The notes: generated by a model not told the origin, from the sequence alone. 64,000 nucleotides of DNA from Gammaproteobacteria bacterium (GCA_965222155.1 CBDCTH010000012.1:2752001-2816000); one strand, 5' to 3'; numbered from the stretch's first letter, positions 20,103 through 31,281 are shown. Numbers and translations are program-made.

Positions 20103-22616
20103 ATGAACGGAGAACCGGTAAACAGCTACCATGGCGCGTTCAAACCCTTCAAGGGGTTTGTGCTTTCGTATACAGGTTCCCTGGTTGGCGCCATCGAAAT
20201 AGATGGCATCGATCCTGACGGGATGTCACAGAAAGACATGGAGGCATTCTCCATCGTCATCAGGAACCTGCTGAATATCCTGCCCCAGTCCATCGTTCTC
20301 CAACAATATTACGTTCATTACCGCGACCTGCAGATAACATTCGTACAGCGCAAAAACCCGGTGTGTAACGCGTTAAATCAATACCGGGCGGATTACCTTA
20401 ACAAGATGTGCCTGTCGGGAGCAAGGTGCGTCCTGTTCGTTGAGATGTATCCCGATAACCAGGGCCAATCCAGTCTGTCTTTGTTTATCCACCATTTGCT
20501 CCGGTATCTGCAAAGTGCAGTATCCAGGGACTACGTCAGGCGTTTTATCCTGTATGGGCCGGCCCGGTCTGCTTCAAAAAGCGCCCTGGAAAAGCTGGCG
20601 CTCGTCCTGGAAACTATGATCCGCGACATTATCAACTACTGTAGCGGCCTGTTTCAGACCCGGCAACTCGATCTCGATGAAACTTACCGGGTAATGAAAT
20701 TCCTGGCAACGATGGAGGTGAATTACCTGCACTCCGACCTGCAATGCCCGCAAATCATCGATACCGACCTGTCCGATGGACAAGTGGCGCCGGTAACGAT
20801 CAAGGGCATGGATCTATTGCGGTTACACAACCTGTACAAAACCTACGTGCGCGTCATGTCGGTGAAACAATTCAATTTCGACCGTTTCACCCCCGGCCTG
20901 TTTGCAAAAGGTCCAATCAAAACCTCTGGCAACTACGTATTGACTACCCGTTATAAAGGAATGAGTGAGACGTCAAAAACCCTGTTTTTTTTCAACCGCA
21001 AAAAAGAACTGGAAAGGGAGACGATCACGTTTACGGATTTTATCAAAGGGCTGGACGGCAGTACGGAAAAGGACCGGGATATGCGGGTCTTTCGCCCTTC
21101 GCTGATACGAAAATTTCAGGAACTGGATGAAGCGTCCTCACTGCAAGACGACCTTGGATTAGTCGCAACGCACGCGGTTGTTTTCGATAACGACATTACC
21201 GGGTTGGAGAAAACTACAGAACGACTGCAATCCGCCCTGCATCAGAATCAATTCAGTATCCTGTGGGAAACGGTGGCTCAGATAGACGTTTTCTTTGACC
21301 TGCAACCCTGTGCCGACCACCGCGGTAAGTTCTTCCGGGACATACCGCTGAACACGTCGCAATTTTCCACCCTCTCACTATTTTATAAATCCGCTCAAGG
21401 CACAAAAAGGGTCGAAGACCTTGGGAATGAAGAAGCACAATATATTTTTCTATCCTCGGACGATTCCCCTTATTATTTTTCGCCGTTCAACGGCGGGCGC
21501 GGTTTTCTGATTGGCGTGGGGCCGGTTCGAAGCGGAAAATCGTTTTTGCGCACCTGTACCGGGATTCACTGGCCCAAATACGGTGGCTTCTACCGGGCAA
21601 TCGATATCGACCCGGGTTCCGAGCCTATAGCCCATGCATTTGGCGCTGATGCCGGCATTATACGTTTCGACGGGGAGAATGAGCGCGGCTTCAATTTCTT
21701 TTCACAAGCCGACGGAGCGGAGGACTTGACCTTTATTTCACATTTGAATCAACAGCTCATGGCAATGATCGACAGCAACGACTCGGAAGAGTTGCGCCAC
21801 CTTTCCGGCCCTGATCAACTGGCCCTGGACCGGGCTGTAAAGCAGGTATTGGGGTTACCGCCACAGCTGCAAACGTTAACGACCCTGGTGAAACACTGCC
21901 CGGGTCCGGTACAAAGGAAATTAACCCGGTTTGTCGGCACGGGTCCCTATTCCAGGCTGTTCGACGCGCAACGTGACGCCATAGGGGCCATTGATAAGAA
22001 AGTAGCGATTTACAACCTGGCGGGTATCAATGACGACAACATCGCTAAACCGCTGGTGATGGCAGAGATAGCCTACAGGGTATTGCGTTTCTATGAAAAC
22101 CCTGAGTTCCGATTCTGCCCGAAATGGCTCGACGTGGACGAATGCCACCATATCCTGGCCAATCCCCGGCTGACCAAAACCATGCTGCTGGACAGGGTCC
22201 GCACCTGGGGCAAATTGCAGGCCGGTATCGGCATGTGGACCCAATCCGGCATTGAACTTGGCAACATCGAGAACTGGGAAGCGCTGCGTAGCGCCGCCTC
22301 AACCTTTATATTTACGGCCGACCCTGAGTTGAACAAAGACGCCTACCGGGCGATCTTCAATATGAAAGAAGGAGAAATGGAGACCATAAAAGGGTTGATC
22401 CCGAAAAAGGAATTTTACCTGATCCAGCGCGATCTGAACATCTCGAAAAAGTGCATCCTGAGCGTCGAACCGGAACAATACGTGCTGTCAACATCCAGGC
22501 CGGCGGAACAAGCAATATATTTTGACAACGTTGAACGTTACGGCTTCGATGTCGGCGTCAGGAAGACCATGATAGCGCTGGGTAAAGGAGGGAGTGCCAA
22601 TGAAAAGATATATTGA
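20103..22616 (+). CDS. virB4: VirB4/TrbE-family T4SS ATPase
   Basis: 837 aa; Walker A GPVRSGKS, Walker B LDVDECHH and RTWGK..AGIGMWTQS; N-terminal IEIDGID region typical of VirB4. Confidence 0.85.
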   Translation: MNGEPVNSYHGAFKPFKGFVLSYTGSLVGAIEIDGIDPDGMSQKDMEAFSIVIRNLLNILPQSIVLQQYYVHYRDLQITFVQRKNPVCNALNQYRADYLNKMCLSGARCVLFVEMYPDNQGQSSLSLFIHHLLRYLQSAVSRDYVRRFILYGPARSASKSALEKLALVLETMIRDIINYCSGLFQTRQLDLDETYRVMKFLATMEVNYLHSDLQCPQIIDTDLSDGQVAPVTIKGMDLLRLHNLYKTYVRVMSVKQFNFDRFTPGLFAKGPIKTSGNYVLTTRYKGMSETSKTLFFFNRKKELERETITFTDFIKGLDGSTEKDRDMRVFRPSLIRKFQELDEASSLQDDLGLVATHAVVFDNDITGLEKTTERLQSALHQNQFSILWETVAQIDVFFDLQPCADHRGKFFRDIPLNTSQFSTLSLFYKSAQGTKRVEDLGNEEAQYIFLSSDDSPYYFSPFNGGRGFLIGVGPVRSGKSFLRTCTGIHWPKYGGFYRAIDIDPGSEPIAHAFGADAGIIRFDGENERGFNFFSQADGAEDLTFISHLNQQLMAMIDSNDSEELRHLSGPDQLALDRAVKQVLGLPPQLQTLTTLVKHCPGPVQRKLTRFVGTGPYSRLFDAQRDAIGAIDKKVAIYNLAGINDDNIAKPLVMAEIAYRVLRFYENPEFRFCPKWLDVDECHHILANPRLTKTMLLDRVRTWGKLQAGIGMWTQSGIELGNIENWEALRSAASTFIFTADPELNKDAYRAIFNMKEGEMETIKGLIPKKEFYLIQRDLNISKKCILSVEPEQYVLSTSRPAEQAIYFDNVERYGFDVGVRKTMIALGKGGSANEKIY

Positions 22617-23634
22617 TCCATTATTGTTATACAAGCCTGCTCCTGGATTGGCGGCATATCTGGAGCCTGCCCAGGAGACGGAAGCTCATAAATATTGCAA
22701 ATCGGGGTGGAAATCCGGTGAATCAGGACACGGTCTCGGGCATAAACTAAACAGACAGGAGTCCGGTTTACGCCGCGCTGACGGGTGGCTTATACGCATC
22801 AGTCTGTGGCTGCTTGGCATCTCTCTTATCACCGGGGTTCATGCTGCAGGGATCCCGACGGTTGACGTCGGCGTGATAGCACAACAGATCCGCTCCTACC
22901 AGCAACAGTTAAGGGACTTTGAAACTCAACTGCAACAGGTGAGCCTCAACAGCGAACAGTTGACCACGCTCAACAAGCAGTTCAGTCAAACCCTGAGGGA
23001 ATACGATGACTACCTGCAGCAGGTCAAGGGTTTGCATCGGGTGATTTCACGAAGAGACTGGAATGGCCTGTTCCAGACACTCAGAAATCATTACGGCATC
23101 AGTCCCTATTCCCGCATAGCAACAGTCCACGGGGTCGGGGACATCGGCCGTCGCGCCATCGACTCAGAGGTGGGTAAACTTTATACCGTGCCGGCACAGG
23201 TTGACCAAGTGCGCCGCCAAATCGCAACAGTCGGTGTTGACCCTGAACCCTGGGTCATACAAGCGCAAAAACAAAGGACACGCTATGAGGCTTACAGGGA
23301 TCAGTTGGAACTGGCGAAAGACAGCAATCGGGAATTACTGGAACGCTATCGAAAGATCAGGATAACAAAAAATAATTTCAACCTGGGTGACAAAAGCGAC
23401 CTGAATGCATTGCAAACGGTGGTAACAAGTAATTTTCATATTATCGATGAATTGCAGGCCCTGAATAAAACCCAGAATCAACGCCTGCTGCATACCAACC
23501 ATGGGTATATCCAGGCATTATCCATGGCAGAGGCACAACGACAAGCTGAAGCAGAGCGACTGGAAAAAGTGGTAACCGGTGGGAATCCGTTGCGTTCCTT
23601 CCGTTGGAGTGATCTGAACATATCTCACAGGTGA
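22600..23634 (+). CDS. VirB5/TrbJ-like minor pilin or tip protein
   Basis: Signal-like segment ending VHA|AGIPTVD, followed by Gln-rich coiled coils; lies between VirB4 and VirB6. Has an unusual N-terminal extension of about 60 aa. Confidence 0.65.
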   Translation: MKRYIDPLLLYKPAPGLAAYLEPAQETEAHKYCKSGWKSGESGHGLGHKLNRQESGLRRADGWLIRISLWLLGISLITGVHAAGIPTVDVGVIAQQIRSYQQQLRDFETQLQQVSLNSEQLTTLNKQFSQTLREYDDYLQQVKGLHRVISRRDWNGLFQTLRNHYGISPYSRIATVHGVGDIGRRAIDSEVGKLYTVPAQVDQVRRQIATVGVDPEPWVIQAQKQRTRYEAYRDQLELAKDSNRELLERYRKIRITKNNFNLGDKSDLNALQTVVTSNFHIIDELQALNKTQNQRLLHTNHGYIQALSMAEAQRQAEAERLEKVVTGGNPLRSFRWSDLNISHR

Positions 23635-23779
23635 CGCCAGCAATTCAGTTTGGAGCATCGCACACTCTATTTGTCTCCGCCGTCATACCAACGCAACGAT
23701 AGTGGAAAGAGAACGGGATAAAACTGAGTGGCCTAGGGATACTGGAATAAACAGGACATTGAAAGGAGATCGGAACACC

Positions 23780-24763
23780 ATGACTAAGCGATTGATATCG
23801 GGTGTATTGTTATCTTTATCGGCGCCCGGGGTATTGGCGGCGCCGATCGATCCTGCCGGTTTCCTGGGGGTGTTTTTTAACAAGGCAAGCAGGTTGACCG
23901 ATCAGCTTATCGGTGTGTCAACTGAATTGTACCGGTTCTCCGAGCTTGAATGGACCACATTCGCTGTATTTGCCCTGGTAATTGTCCTGATCAAGTGGAC
24001 CACAGGCGCAGCCGCGGTAAAAGACGTGATTTTCATCGTCCTGATGATCCTTATCGCACAATCGTTGATGCAATCATACGATTATGTCCTGGCTGTCCTC
24101 TGGGAAATCACCACAGTTCTGTCTGATGATATCAACCGGAACACCTATCACGCCTTGAACCTGGAAGCATCGGGAATCGAATCAACGGGTGTCTTTCTGC
24201 TGGATATGATTAACCACATCATGGAACGCATCACGTTTAAACCAGTGTCCGCTAATTCCGGGCTCTTTTCCATGTTTACCAGTTTTGCCATCAGCATCCG
24301 CGACGGGATTTTTATGATCATATTCTTTCTCGTGCTGTTTACGGTTTTCTGCGTTTCCTGGACCATATCGGTTGTCGGTCTGTGGAGCCTGCTGCTCGGC
24401 AAAGTGTTGGGGCCGGTCTTTATTCCATTCCTTATTTTCAAACGCGCCAACTCGTATTTTGACAGTTGGGTGAACTTCATGTTGGGTTCCATGGCCTATT
24501 TCATTGTTGCACAAATCAACGTCGCGTTTACCACCTTGATCATTATCGAGCTGTTTAATTCGATCATTACCGCAGGAGAAATATTGACCCTGGCCCCGGA
24601 TGATTTTCTTAAACTGCTCAACTATTCAGGATTGTTGGTCGTGGCGATATTCGCGATGTTCAGGACCGACCGGGTGGTGAGCGACTTAATCCAGGGAGGC
24701 GCAAGCGCATCGGGAGCGATCAACCACGCAGCCTCCATGCTGTCCACAAGATTGTTGAGATGA
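23780..24763 (+). CDS. virB6: VirB6/TrbL-like polytopic inner-membrane protein
   Basis: LGPVFIPFLIF...YFDSWVNFML motif; multiple TM segments. RBS AAGGAG precedes the ATG at 23780. Confidence 0.8.
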   Translation: MTKRLISGVLLSLSAPGVLAAPIDPAGFLGVFFNKASRLTDQLIGVSTELYRFSELEWTTFAVFALVIVLIKWTTGAAAVKDVIFIVLMILIAQSLMQSYDYVLAVLWEITTVLSDDINRNTYHALNLEASGIESTGVFLLDMINHIMERITFKPVSANSGLFSMFTSFAISIRDGIFMIIFFLVLFTVFCVSWTISVVGLWSLLLGKVLGPVFIPFLIFKRANSYFDSWVNFMLGSMAYFIVAQINVAFTTLIIIELFNSIITAGEILTLAPDDFLKLLNYSGLLVVAIFAMFRTDRVVSDLIQGGASASGAINHAASMLSTRLLR

Positions 24764-24767
24764 GACC

Positions 24768-25508
24768 ATGGAGATGACGGCAAAGACCATAGGAACCATG
24801 CCGGACGGATTGGTGGAACAACTCAATCCCGACAACGTCCCGGGGCTGGTGGTTACCAACAACAGGTTGCTGGTCAGCAACCTCGTCTTATTACTGGCGT
24901 TTATCTGTGCCGTCAGTTACGGCATTGCCGCAACATACATGGCAAAGCACAATGAAAAACTCATCTATGTCAAACTGGCGCCGGACGGCACCTGGTTCAT
25001 CGATGCCCAATTCGCGCATAAAGACGAAACGGACTTTTTCCCTGCCACTATTGATCACCTGTTGAGCAGCTACGTAACGCGCCGGTTCCGCGAAGACCCC
25101 GCCACCATAAGGAATGACTATGGCTATGCACTGGTGTTGATGGACACGAGATTGGCGAAGTATTTTAAGTCACCCTCGGGTTTTGATGCCGCAAGCAAAG
25201 CAGCCAGGACCAGGGCTTGCCCAGGTTGCAGCATCAAAGAAGTGGAGGTAAGGAACATCTACCACTTCGACATAGACCGCCTGGCCGACGGTAATCCGGA
25301 TGACACCACCTACAGGACCAATGTGTACATCAACGAGTTGCTCCGGTCGGCCACGGATAACACGGTACTGAATACCAAGAGGGCTATTATCACGTTGCGC
25401 TGGCGCCTCACGCCCAAATCGACACTATCCAGGGAAAGAAACGTACTCATGGCCAACCCCATCGGTCTGAAAATTATTGAGGAGAAAGTACTCGATGACC
25501 CGGCTTAG
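24768..25508 (+). CDS. virB8: VirB8/TrbF-like protein
   Basis: Single TM segment, YVTRRF, and C-terminal NPIGLKI (NPxG motif). Confidence 0.82.
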   Translation: MEMTAKTIGTMPDGLVEQLNPDNVPGLVVTNNRLLVSNLVLLLAFICAVSYGIAATYMAKHNEKLIYVKLAPDGTWFIDAQFAHKDETDFFPATIDHLLSSYVTRRFREDPATIRNDYGYALVLMDTRLAKYFKSPSGFDAASKAARTRACPGCSIKEVEVRNIYHFDIDRLADGNPDDTTYRTNVYINELLRSATDNTVLNTKRAIITLRWRLTPKSTLSRERNVLMANPIGLKIIEEKVLDDPA

Positions 25509-26319
25509 TTTTATTTTATTACTGATTGTCATCACCGTGAACGGCTATGCCGAAGGAGAGCAGTGCCGCCTCATCAGTTATGAAAAACATAAATTCGTTC
25601 GCATCAAATCCAGGCTGCACCACGGTACCCACATTGAACTGCCGGAGATTCTGATAGCCAGGCCGGTCACGGGAAACCGGGACTTGTGGGACGTGGAAGG
25701 CGAAAATCGGCACATCTTCGTCAAACCGAATGATCCCGGGACAAAAGAAGGCAGCAGTACGACCATTACCGCGGTCTCCCAAAGCAACCGGGCCTACCAT
25801 TTTCTGGTGGAACGTTCGGACAATGATTTCGACCTGTGCGTGATCATTACCCCTGACAGCGGGTTTTTGCCTGAAGGCGCATTTTCCGGTTTTACCCGGC
25901 GCAACGGCGAGCAGACAGCATTGTACCAGGAACAACTGAACACGCTGCAGCTCCGGTTGAACGAGGAAGAGCAGGCAACAGCAGAAAAGGTGAGCGCTGC
26001 GATAGATGAGTACAGGACACAATTGTTTACCGACTACCGTTGGAAAGGCGGGCGTTCGCCTTATGGGAAAGATCTGGTTACCGACGTCTACGATGACGGC
26101 AGGTTTACCTATATTCGGGTACGGCACAACCTGGATGGCGTCATGTCGCTGTTTGCCGACAACAACGGGAAAGAGCAGTTCATCGACTACAAATACGACG
26201 AGGACAAACGCATCTACATTGTGACCGGAATTTACAACCGTATCTATATGAAAGCGGATGCAAAAACGCAGATCGTCATCACCCGGCGCGGGAGTTCCCG
26301 ATCACAACGGGATTTATAG
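25495..26319 (+). CDS. virB9: VirB9/TrbG-like outer-membrane core complex protein
   Basis: Signal peptide; HIFVKP and VYDDGRFTYI motifs. Confidence 0.85.
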   Translation: MTRLSFILLLIVITVNGYAEGEQCRLISYEKHKFVRIKSRLHHGTHIELPEILIARPVTGNRDLWDVEGENRHIFVKPNDPGTKEGSSTTITAVSQSNRAYHFLVERSDNDFDLCVIITPDSGFLPEGAFSGFTRRNGEQTALYQEQLNTLQLRLNEEEQATAEKVSAAIDEYRTQLFTDYRWKGGRSPYGKDLVTDVYDDGRFTYIRVRHNLDGVMSLFADNNGKEQFIDYKYDEDKRIYIVTGIYNRIYMKADAKTQIVITRRGSSRSQRDL

Positions 26320-26322
26320 ACG

Positions 26323-27621
26323 ATGACGACAAATGTTAACGAAATCAACCAGGTCGAAGAACAACCGGCGACCTACAACAAGAATTTCCAGATCATGCTG
26401 ATTGCCGGGCTGGTGTTTGTCGTCGTGGTCATGGTTTACGCGTCCTTGTTCCGAACCGGTCCCGGGGACAAGAAAATAGAAGAGCAAGTGCAACGGGAAA
26501 TCAGGAAGCAAACGCTCTCTGATCCGGAGCAGGAATTCCGCGAACAGATAAAAAGTCAGGAACAACGCCTGCAAAAACAAAGAACGCAAGACCTCTCTGA
26601 GCAACGAGAATATGCCGATGAAAAAACCGACGAACTGTTGCAAAACAATGAACAGGTATTGCAGGAAATGTTAACCGGGACAAAATCACCCGTAGAAGCC
26701 TGGAATGAGACTGAGACCGTCCGGGTGCGCCAATCAAGACAGACTGAGTTCAATTTTGGGTTTTTCGGCGGTTTGACGGATACATTACAGCAGTCCACAG
26801 AGCGGCTGGATGACGGGTTCCTGGGACAGGAGCAGACAATCCTGGCAGAACTGCGACAACGCGCAACTCAGTATCCGAACCTGTCTGTTACACCAACCGA
26901 TTTCACCCCTGGGACTGACCCGTTATCGGAACTGCTGACCCGGGAAGACCCGACGCCTGAAACAGCACGCCATTTTAATCTGGCAGGTTATCCGGAATCT
27001 GATCTTAGCCAGCCGCCAGGTGATGAATTCAAACTATTGTCTATCGGTTCGATCATGCAGGCAAAGCTGGACCAGAAAGTCATATCCGATTACGCCGGCC
27101 CGTATCGGTGCAGGATTGAACAGAACGTAATGGATGTCACGCAGAAACATGTGTTAATCCCGGCCGGCTCCCTGTGTACGGGTCAAGTGTTGCAGACCGG
27201 CTCCGGCCATCCCAACCGTATTATCAACAACAGGATGGCTCTGTCCATGCGCTGGATAATCAGGCCGGACGGCGCCAAGATAAAATTTATCAGTCAAGCC
27301 CTCGACCACGAGGGAATCGGCGCCCTGAAAGGAGAAACCGACTATCACTTCCTGGCTCGCTTCGGTGGCACAGCGGCTTTTGCCTTGTTATCCAGCGAAA
27401 CCTCAAGGGCGGACTACAGTAACGACGGCTCCGGCGCAACATTTGAGTCAGACCTGGGTCAGGCCTTGCGTGACGCCGGCGCCGACCTGACTGCGCCATA
27501 TGCCGGCTTGGTGCCGACGCAGACTTTGAATTATGGCCAGAAGCTAAGGCTCTTCGTCTCTGAGGATATGTATATCACGCCCTGGAGAGACGTGTATCAA
27601 CGCCTGCTGAGTCAACGGTAA
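26323..27621 (+). CDS. virB10: VirB10/TrbI-like protein
   Basis: N-terminal TM plus coiled coil; motifs GSIMQAKL..KVISDYAG, VLIPAGS and EGIGALKGETDYHF..RFG. Confidence 0.87.
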   Translation: MTTNVNEINQVEEQPATYNKNFQIMLIAGLVFVVVVMVYASLFRTGPGDKKIEEQVQREIRKQTLSDPEQEFREQIKSQEQRLQKQRTQDLSEQREYADEKTDELLQNNEQVLQEMLTGTKSPVEAWNETETVRVRQSRQTEFNFGFFGGLTDTLQQSTERLDDGFLGQEQTILAELRQRATQYPNLSVTPTDFTPGTDPLSELLTREDPTPETARHFNLAGYPESDLSQPPGDEFKLLSIGSIMQAKLDQKVISDYAGPYRCRIEQNVMDVTQKHVLIPAGSLCTGQVLQTGSGHPNRIINNRMALSMRWIIRPDGAKIKFISQALDHEGIGALKGETDYHFLARFGGTAAFALLSSETSRADYSNDGSGATFESDLGQALRDAGADLTAPYAGLVPTQTLNYGQKLRLFVSEDMYITPWRDVYQRLLSQR

Positions 27622-27632
27622 CGAGTCCTGTG

Positions 27633-28547
27633 ATGAAAAAAGTGAAGACGCTGCGATCAACCAGGCCCTGCTGCACGGTGTCTGTTGCCTGTTCCCTGCT
27701 GGTTTTGCTCAGTGGATGTTCATGGATCCGGACACTGGAAGATAACTTCAGATTTTCATTCCAACGTACGGATTCGTTGATAACGGCCTTGCCTACCGTG
27801 GAGGTACCGGTACGAATGCTCTATCCAAATAGGACGAAGACGGTTGAGGAGGCCATCAGCTATATGCTGGAACCGCATTCCTACCGTCCGGCATTTCGAC
27901 ATACAACAGGTGACACTATCGCTGAACGTAGCTTCATCAATAATTTCAACAATGATCCTGTGCCTTTATACGTCGCGATAGAACGTCTGATGGGGCGGGA
28001 CAGCCAAATCATACTGGACAAGAACAGGAAGTTGTATACGTTTCGGGCAAGAAAACCAGACGAAGCGAGTATTACCTTTGCTGATTTAACTACTACACCC
28101 GTCGCGACTACGATTAATGAGTTGGCAAGTAACACAGCAACGCTACCAGAACAACCTGATGGGATTGTTCATGATCTTGGGGAGAACCCGTCACTTGTTA
28201 ACAAAACGGCGGCGTTGATCACTGACGATTACTTGCCCGACAGGCCGGAAGGTGAAGAAATACCTGCTGAAACCGGGGAATTCTGTAATTCCATTCATTT
28301 AAGGAGTCAGTCTATGTTATCCGCTTCAGTTCAGGATTATTTCTTGCGCTGCGGCTTCGACAAGGTTTTCTGGAGTCTCGGTGAGCCTGGCAGATATGCA
28401 GATTACCGGCTGCTCCAGAATATCAACCTGCCTTTGCCCGAACGCCACCAGGACCTGATCGAATTCCTGCAATCCCGTTTCGGGATTAAAACCCTTATCC
28501 ATGATAACAACCGGGTCGAATTCTACGATGAAAATAGTTCGTTTTAA
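27633..28547 (+). CDS. Lipoprotein, PilL/TcpQ-like type IVb pilus accessory protein
   Basis: Lipobox LLSGC; TVEEAISYMLEPHSY resembles PilL of ICE-borne pil operons; precedes the secretin. Confidence 0.55.
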   Translation: MKKVKTLRSTRPCCTVSVACSLLVLLSGCSWIRTLEDNFRFSFQRTDSLITALPTVEVPVRMLYPNRTKTVEEAISYMLEPHSYRPAFRHTTGDTIAERSFINNFNNDPVPLYVAIERLMGRDSQIILDKNRKLYTFRARKPDEASITFADLTTTPVATTINELASNTATLPEQPDGIVHDLGENPSLVNKTAALITDDYLPDRPEGEEIPAETGEFCNSIHLRSQSMLSASVQDYFLRCGFDKVFWSLGEPGRYADYRLLQNINLPLPERHQDLIEFLQSRFGIKTLIHDNNRVEFYDENSSF

Positions 28548-30111
28548 AAAACCGCTCTGCAATTCTTACGCATGCCTGCGCGCGTTACTTACGACATGCA
28601 GGCTTCTGAGTGTGTTGTCCGTACTGGTCACGGTGGCCTGTAGTGAAAATATAAAACAGCGCGAACAAGAAATCAGTGATGCCAGGGAACGTCACAGACA
28701 GATCCTGGAGGAGCAACAAACAGTACGGGCAATCAATACCCGGGCCAAACGCGTTGATGTGCCGAAGGAAAAAGCCTGGTTTTACCAACCTTACCGGGCC
28801 ACTTACAAAAACCAGGGACTACGGGAGACACTGGAACGACTCACACCGGGTTACCCCATCGCTTACGCGCTACCCGAAAAATACAACCCCAGGATCAGTT
28901 CCACCCCTGATGCCGCCACCGTGGAAGACCACCTGAATGCCATTACTCTGCAAGCCAATGTCGGCTACGAATTCCACCAGGGCATTTTGTTGATCACGCC
29001 GATGGTCACGAAAAAATATGAAGTCCCGCTGTACGGTGGTGGCAACAACATCATCAATCTCAGCAGTAACAACCTGGGCAGCGCGCAGAACAAAGCCAGC
29101 GGGTTTGAAAACAACATCACCAGCCAGTTGTCCGCGGAGAACGACATCCATCAGTTGGTCAATACCGCTCTGGGGATTCAATACTGTGAACATGACACAG
29201 ATAAAGAACGAGACAAGACAAACGCGCTGGCTACCTACACCTATAACGACAAGGAATGTTACAGCATCAGTTCGACCGCCAACCTGCTTTCCATTACGGC
29301 CAGACCTCAACGGATTGTCATGTTTGACGAAGCCTATGAGAAGTGGCTGCAAACTGTCACCAGACAAGCCAATATTAAAATCACAGTGGTGCGATTGGAC
29401 GTGACTGACCTGGCGCAGCAACACGTAGACCTGTCCCTGATTCGCAATGCCAGCATCGCTGCCAATATCAGTAACCTGACCCAGGATCTGACCAGCAGCA
29501 AACTCAATGCCGGCGGCGGCGTATTCAGCCTTAAAATCGATGATCCGGGCAGTCCGTGGAACACATCGGAAATAATACTCAAGGCGCTGGCGCAGGTGGG
29601 CAATATTTCGATTGACGACACAAAAGAAGTTCTGGTTTACAACAATCGCCTGGTGACCATCCGGAATTACCGCATACACCGCTATGTTGAACAAACCAGC
29701 ATTCAACAAACCGACTCCGGCGGCACCAGCCTGTCCACGCCCACAGTGGAAATCGGCGAGTTGGAAACCGGTCAGGCCATTAACATCCTCCCTACCCTGA
29801 CCAATGATTTGATTGCCCTGCACATCGTGATAAACGAGGCAAAAATAGACTCGCTCGATACCTATGATATTGCCGGCACGTCCGGTGTGCTGCCGACAAG
29901 CTCCGGCAATGACAACATTTTCGATGTCACCATAGAGGACAACGAAACTGTGCTGCTGGCATCAACTCACCGCGAAGAAGTCGAAGTCAAGACTGACCGC
30001 TCCGGCTTGTTGCCCGTCTGGCCGTTCAACCGATTGACGGGAAATTCCGAATCCGGCGGCAAGCGCCTGACCCAGACACTGTTTTTAATCCATGGAGCCT
30101 TCAAATTATGA
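28528..30111 (+). CDS. pilN: Type IVb pilus lipoprotein secretin (PilN/BfpB/TcpC-like)
   Basis: Lipobox TVAC; secretin C-domain features ILKALAQVG, ETGQAINILP and IEDNETVLLA. Confidence 0.78.
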   Translation: MKIVRFKKPLCNSYACLRALLTTCRLLSVLSVLVTVACSENIKQREQEISDARERHRQILEEQQTVRAINTRAKRVDVPKEKAWFYQPYRATYKNQGLRETLERLTPGYPIAYALPEKYNPRISSTPDAATVEDHLNAITLQANVGYEFHQGILLITPMVTKKYEVPLYGGGNNIINLSSNNLGSAQNKASGFENNITSQLSAENDIHQLVNTALGIQYCEHDTDKERDKTNALATYTYNDKECYSISSTANLLSITARPQRIVMFDEAYEKWLQTVTRQANIKITVVRLDVTDLAQQHVDLSLIRNASIAANISNLTQDLTSSKLNAGGGVFSLKIDDPGSPWNTSEIILKALAQVGNISIDDTKEVLVYNNRLVTIRNYRIHRYVEQTSIQQTDSGGTSLSTPTVEIGELETGQAINILPTLTNDLIALHIVINEAKIDSLDTYDIAGTSGVLPTSSGNDNIFDVTIEDNETVLLASTHREEVEVKTDRSGLLPVWPFNRLTGNSESGGKRLTQTLFLIHGAFKL

Positions 30112-31280
30112 TTGAGACAATCAACATCGGCGAACGCGAAATTGAGCTGTGCATCAACGCAGAAAGCCAAACCCTACCCGAAGAACGGCGGCCCTGGTTG
30201 TATGTGAATAAACTGCTCAGCGCAGTAAAGAAAAAATACTACCTGGAATCCGAAGGATTCATTTTTCTTGATGAAGGAAAGGCCATCTCCATCACCGCAC
30301 AGATTGTCAAATGGATTCATACAGACATTCGTCCCGGCAGACACTACATTTTTTTGCCATTCGACAACATCGTCTATATGGCGACAATCCGGGTACAAGA
30401 AGACTATATCCTGGTGGAAAAGGAAGATTTGCTGCCATTTGAAGACTGTGTGCAGTTGATCCGAAACAACCCGCTGGAATGCCAGGTGGCTGAATTGGGA
30501 AAGCTGAGCAACGCCTTCACACAACACAACATAGCGCTTAAAGACCTGTATATCAATCTTGACCCGGGAAAAAATAATCCCTACCTGCTGAGACGCGGCT
30601 ACAACCTGGCTGAACTTTCCCTTCTGACAATGGTTCCCTTCATCGGGGCGGGTTTAATCTTCATGCTCTCCTTCACAATCACTGTCAAAGACATAGAAGA
30701 AGCAACAATAAAACCGCTGCCGACCAAACCAAAAAGCACAATTCAAATTGATACGGACCTGGGTGCTGTCATGATGTTGCTTACCGAGTTCTCGGTGTTA
30801 CTGGCCTATAACCTGGAAAATATTCACATAAAGAAGACCGCGAAAGGCTACAACACCAGCGCAAGCGGTCGCTATGATCAATCATTCTCGCTGGCCCGCT
30901 TGAACCGGATCGCGCAGGAACTGGAAGGCAGTTTCTACCTGCAAAAAAACAGTTGGACGCTGAATTCGTCTCTATTCAAACCTGCGGCGGGGGAGACTGT
31001 CGAATTAGTGCCGTTAACGGTCAGCTTTGAGAATTACCGACAATTTGCCATTTCCAGCCATGCACGATTTTCCGTTATCAGTTCCCGTCAAAAACGGGAT
31101 ACGGCACAAGGCTTAATCGAGTTGGTCTTCGATTACCCGAACAGTTCTGCCCTGCAGCAATCAGTTCAACGACTACAGCAAATGGCGCTGCACGGTTACA
31201 TACAAGACATCGACATTACTACCCAAAAGAATGCGGGTTGGAAAAACCTGAGGCTCATCATTGAAATCACCGGAACCTGA
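30108..31280 (+). CDS. PilO/BfpC-like type IVb pilus accessory protein (single central TM)
   Basis: Position after the secretin, size and bitopic topology; the sequence is very divergent. Confidence 0.45.
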   Translation: MIETINIGEREIELCINAESQTLPEERRPWLYVNKLLSAVKKKYYLESEGFIFLDEGKAISITAQIVKWIHTDIRPGRHYIFLPFDNIVYMATIRVQEDYILVEKEDLLPFEDCVQLIRNNPLECQVAELGKLSNAFTQHNIALKDLYINLDPGKNNPYLLRRGYNLAELSLLTMVPFIGAGLIFMLSFTITVKDIEEATIKPLPTKPKSTIQIDTDLGAVMMLLTEFSVLLAYNLENIHIKKTAKGYNTSASGRYDQSFSLARLNRIAQELEGSFYLQKNSWTLNSSLFKPAAGETVELVPLTVSFENYRQFAISSHARFSVISSRQKRDTAQGLIELVFDYPNSSALQQSVQRLQQMALHGYIQDIDITTQKNAGWKNLRLIIEITGT

Positions 31281-31281
31281 T

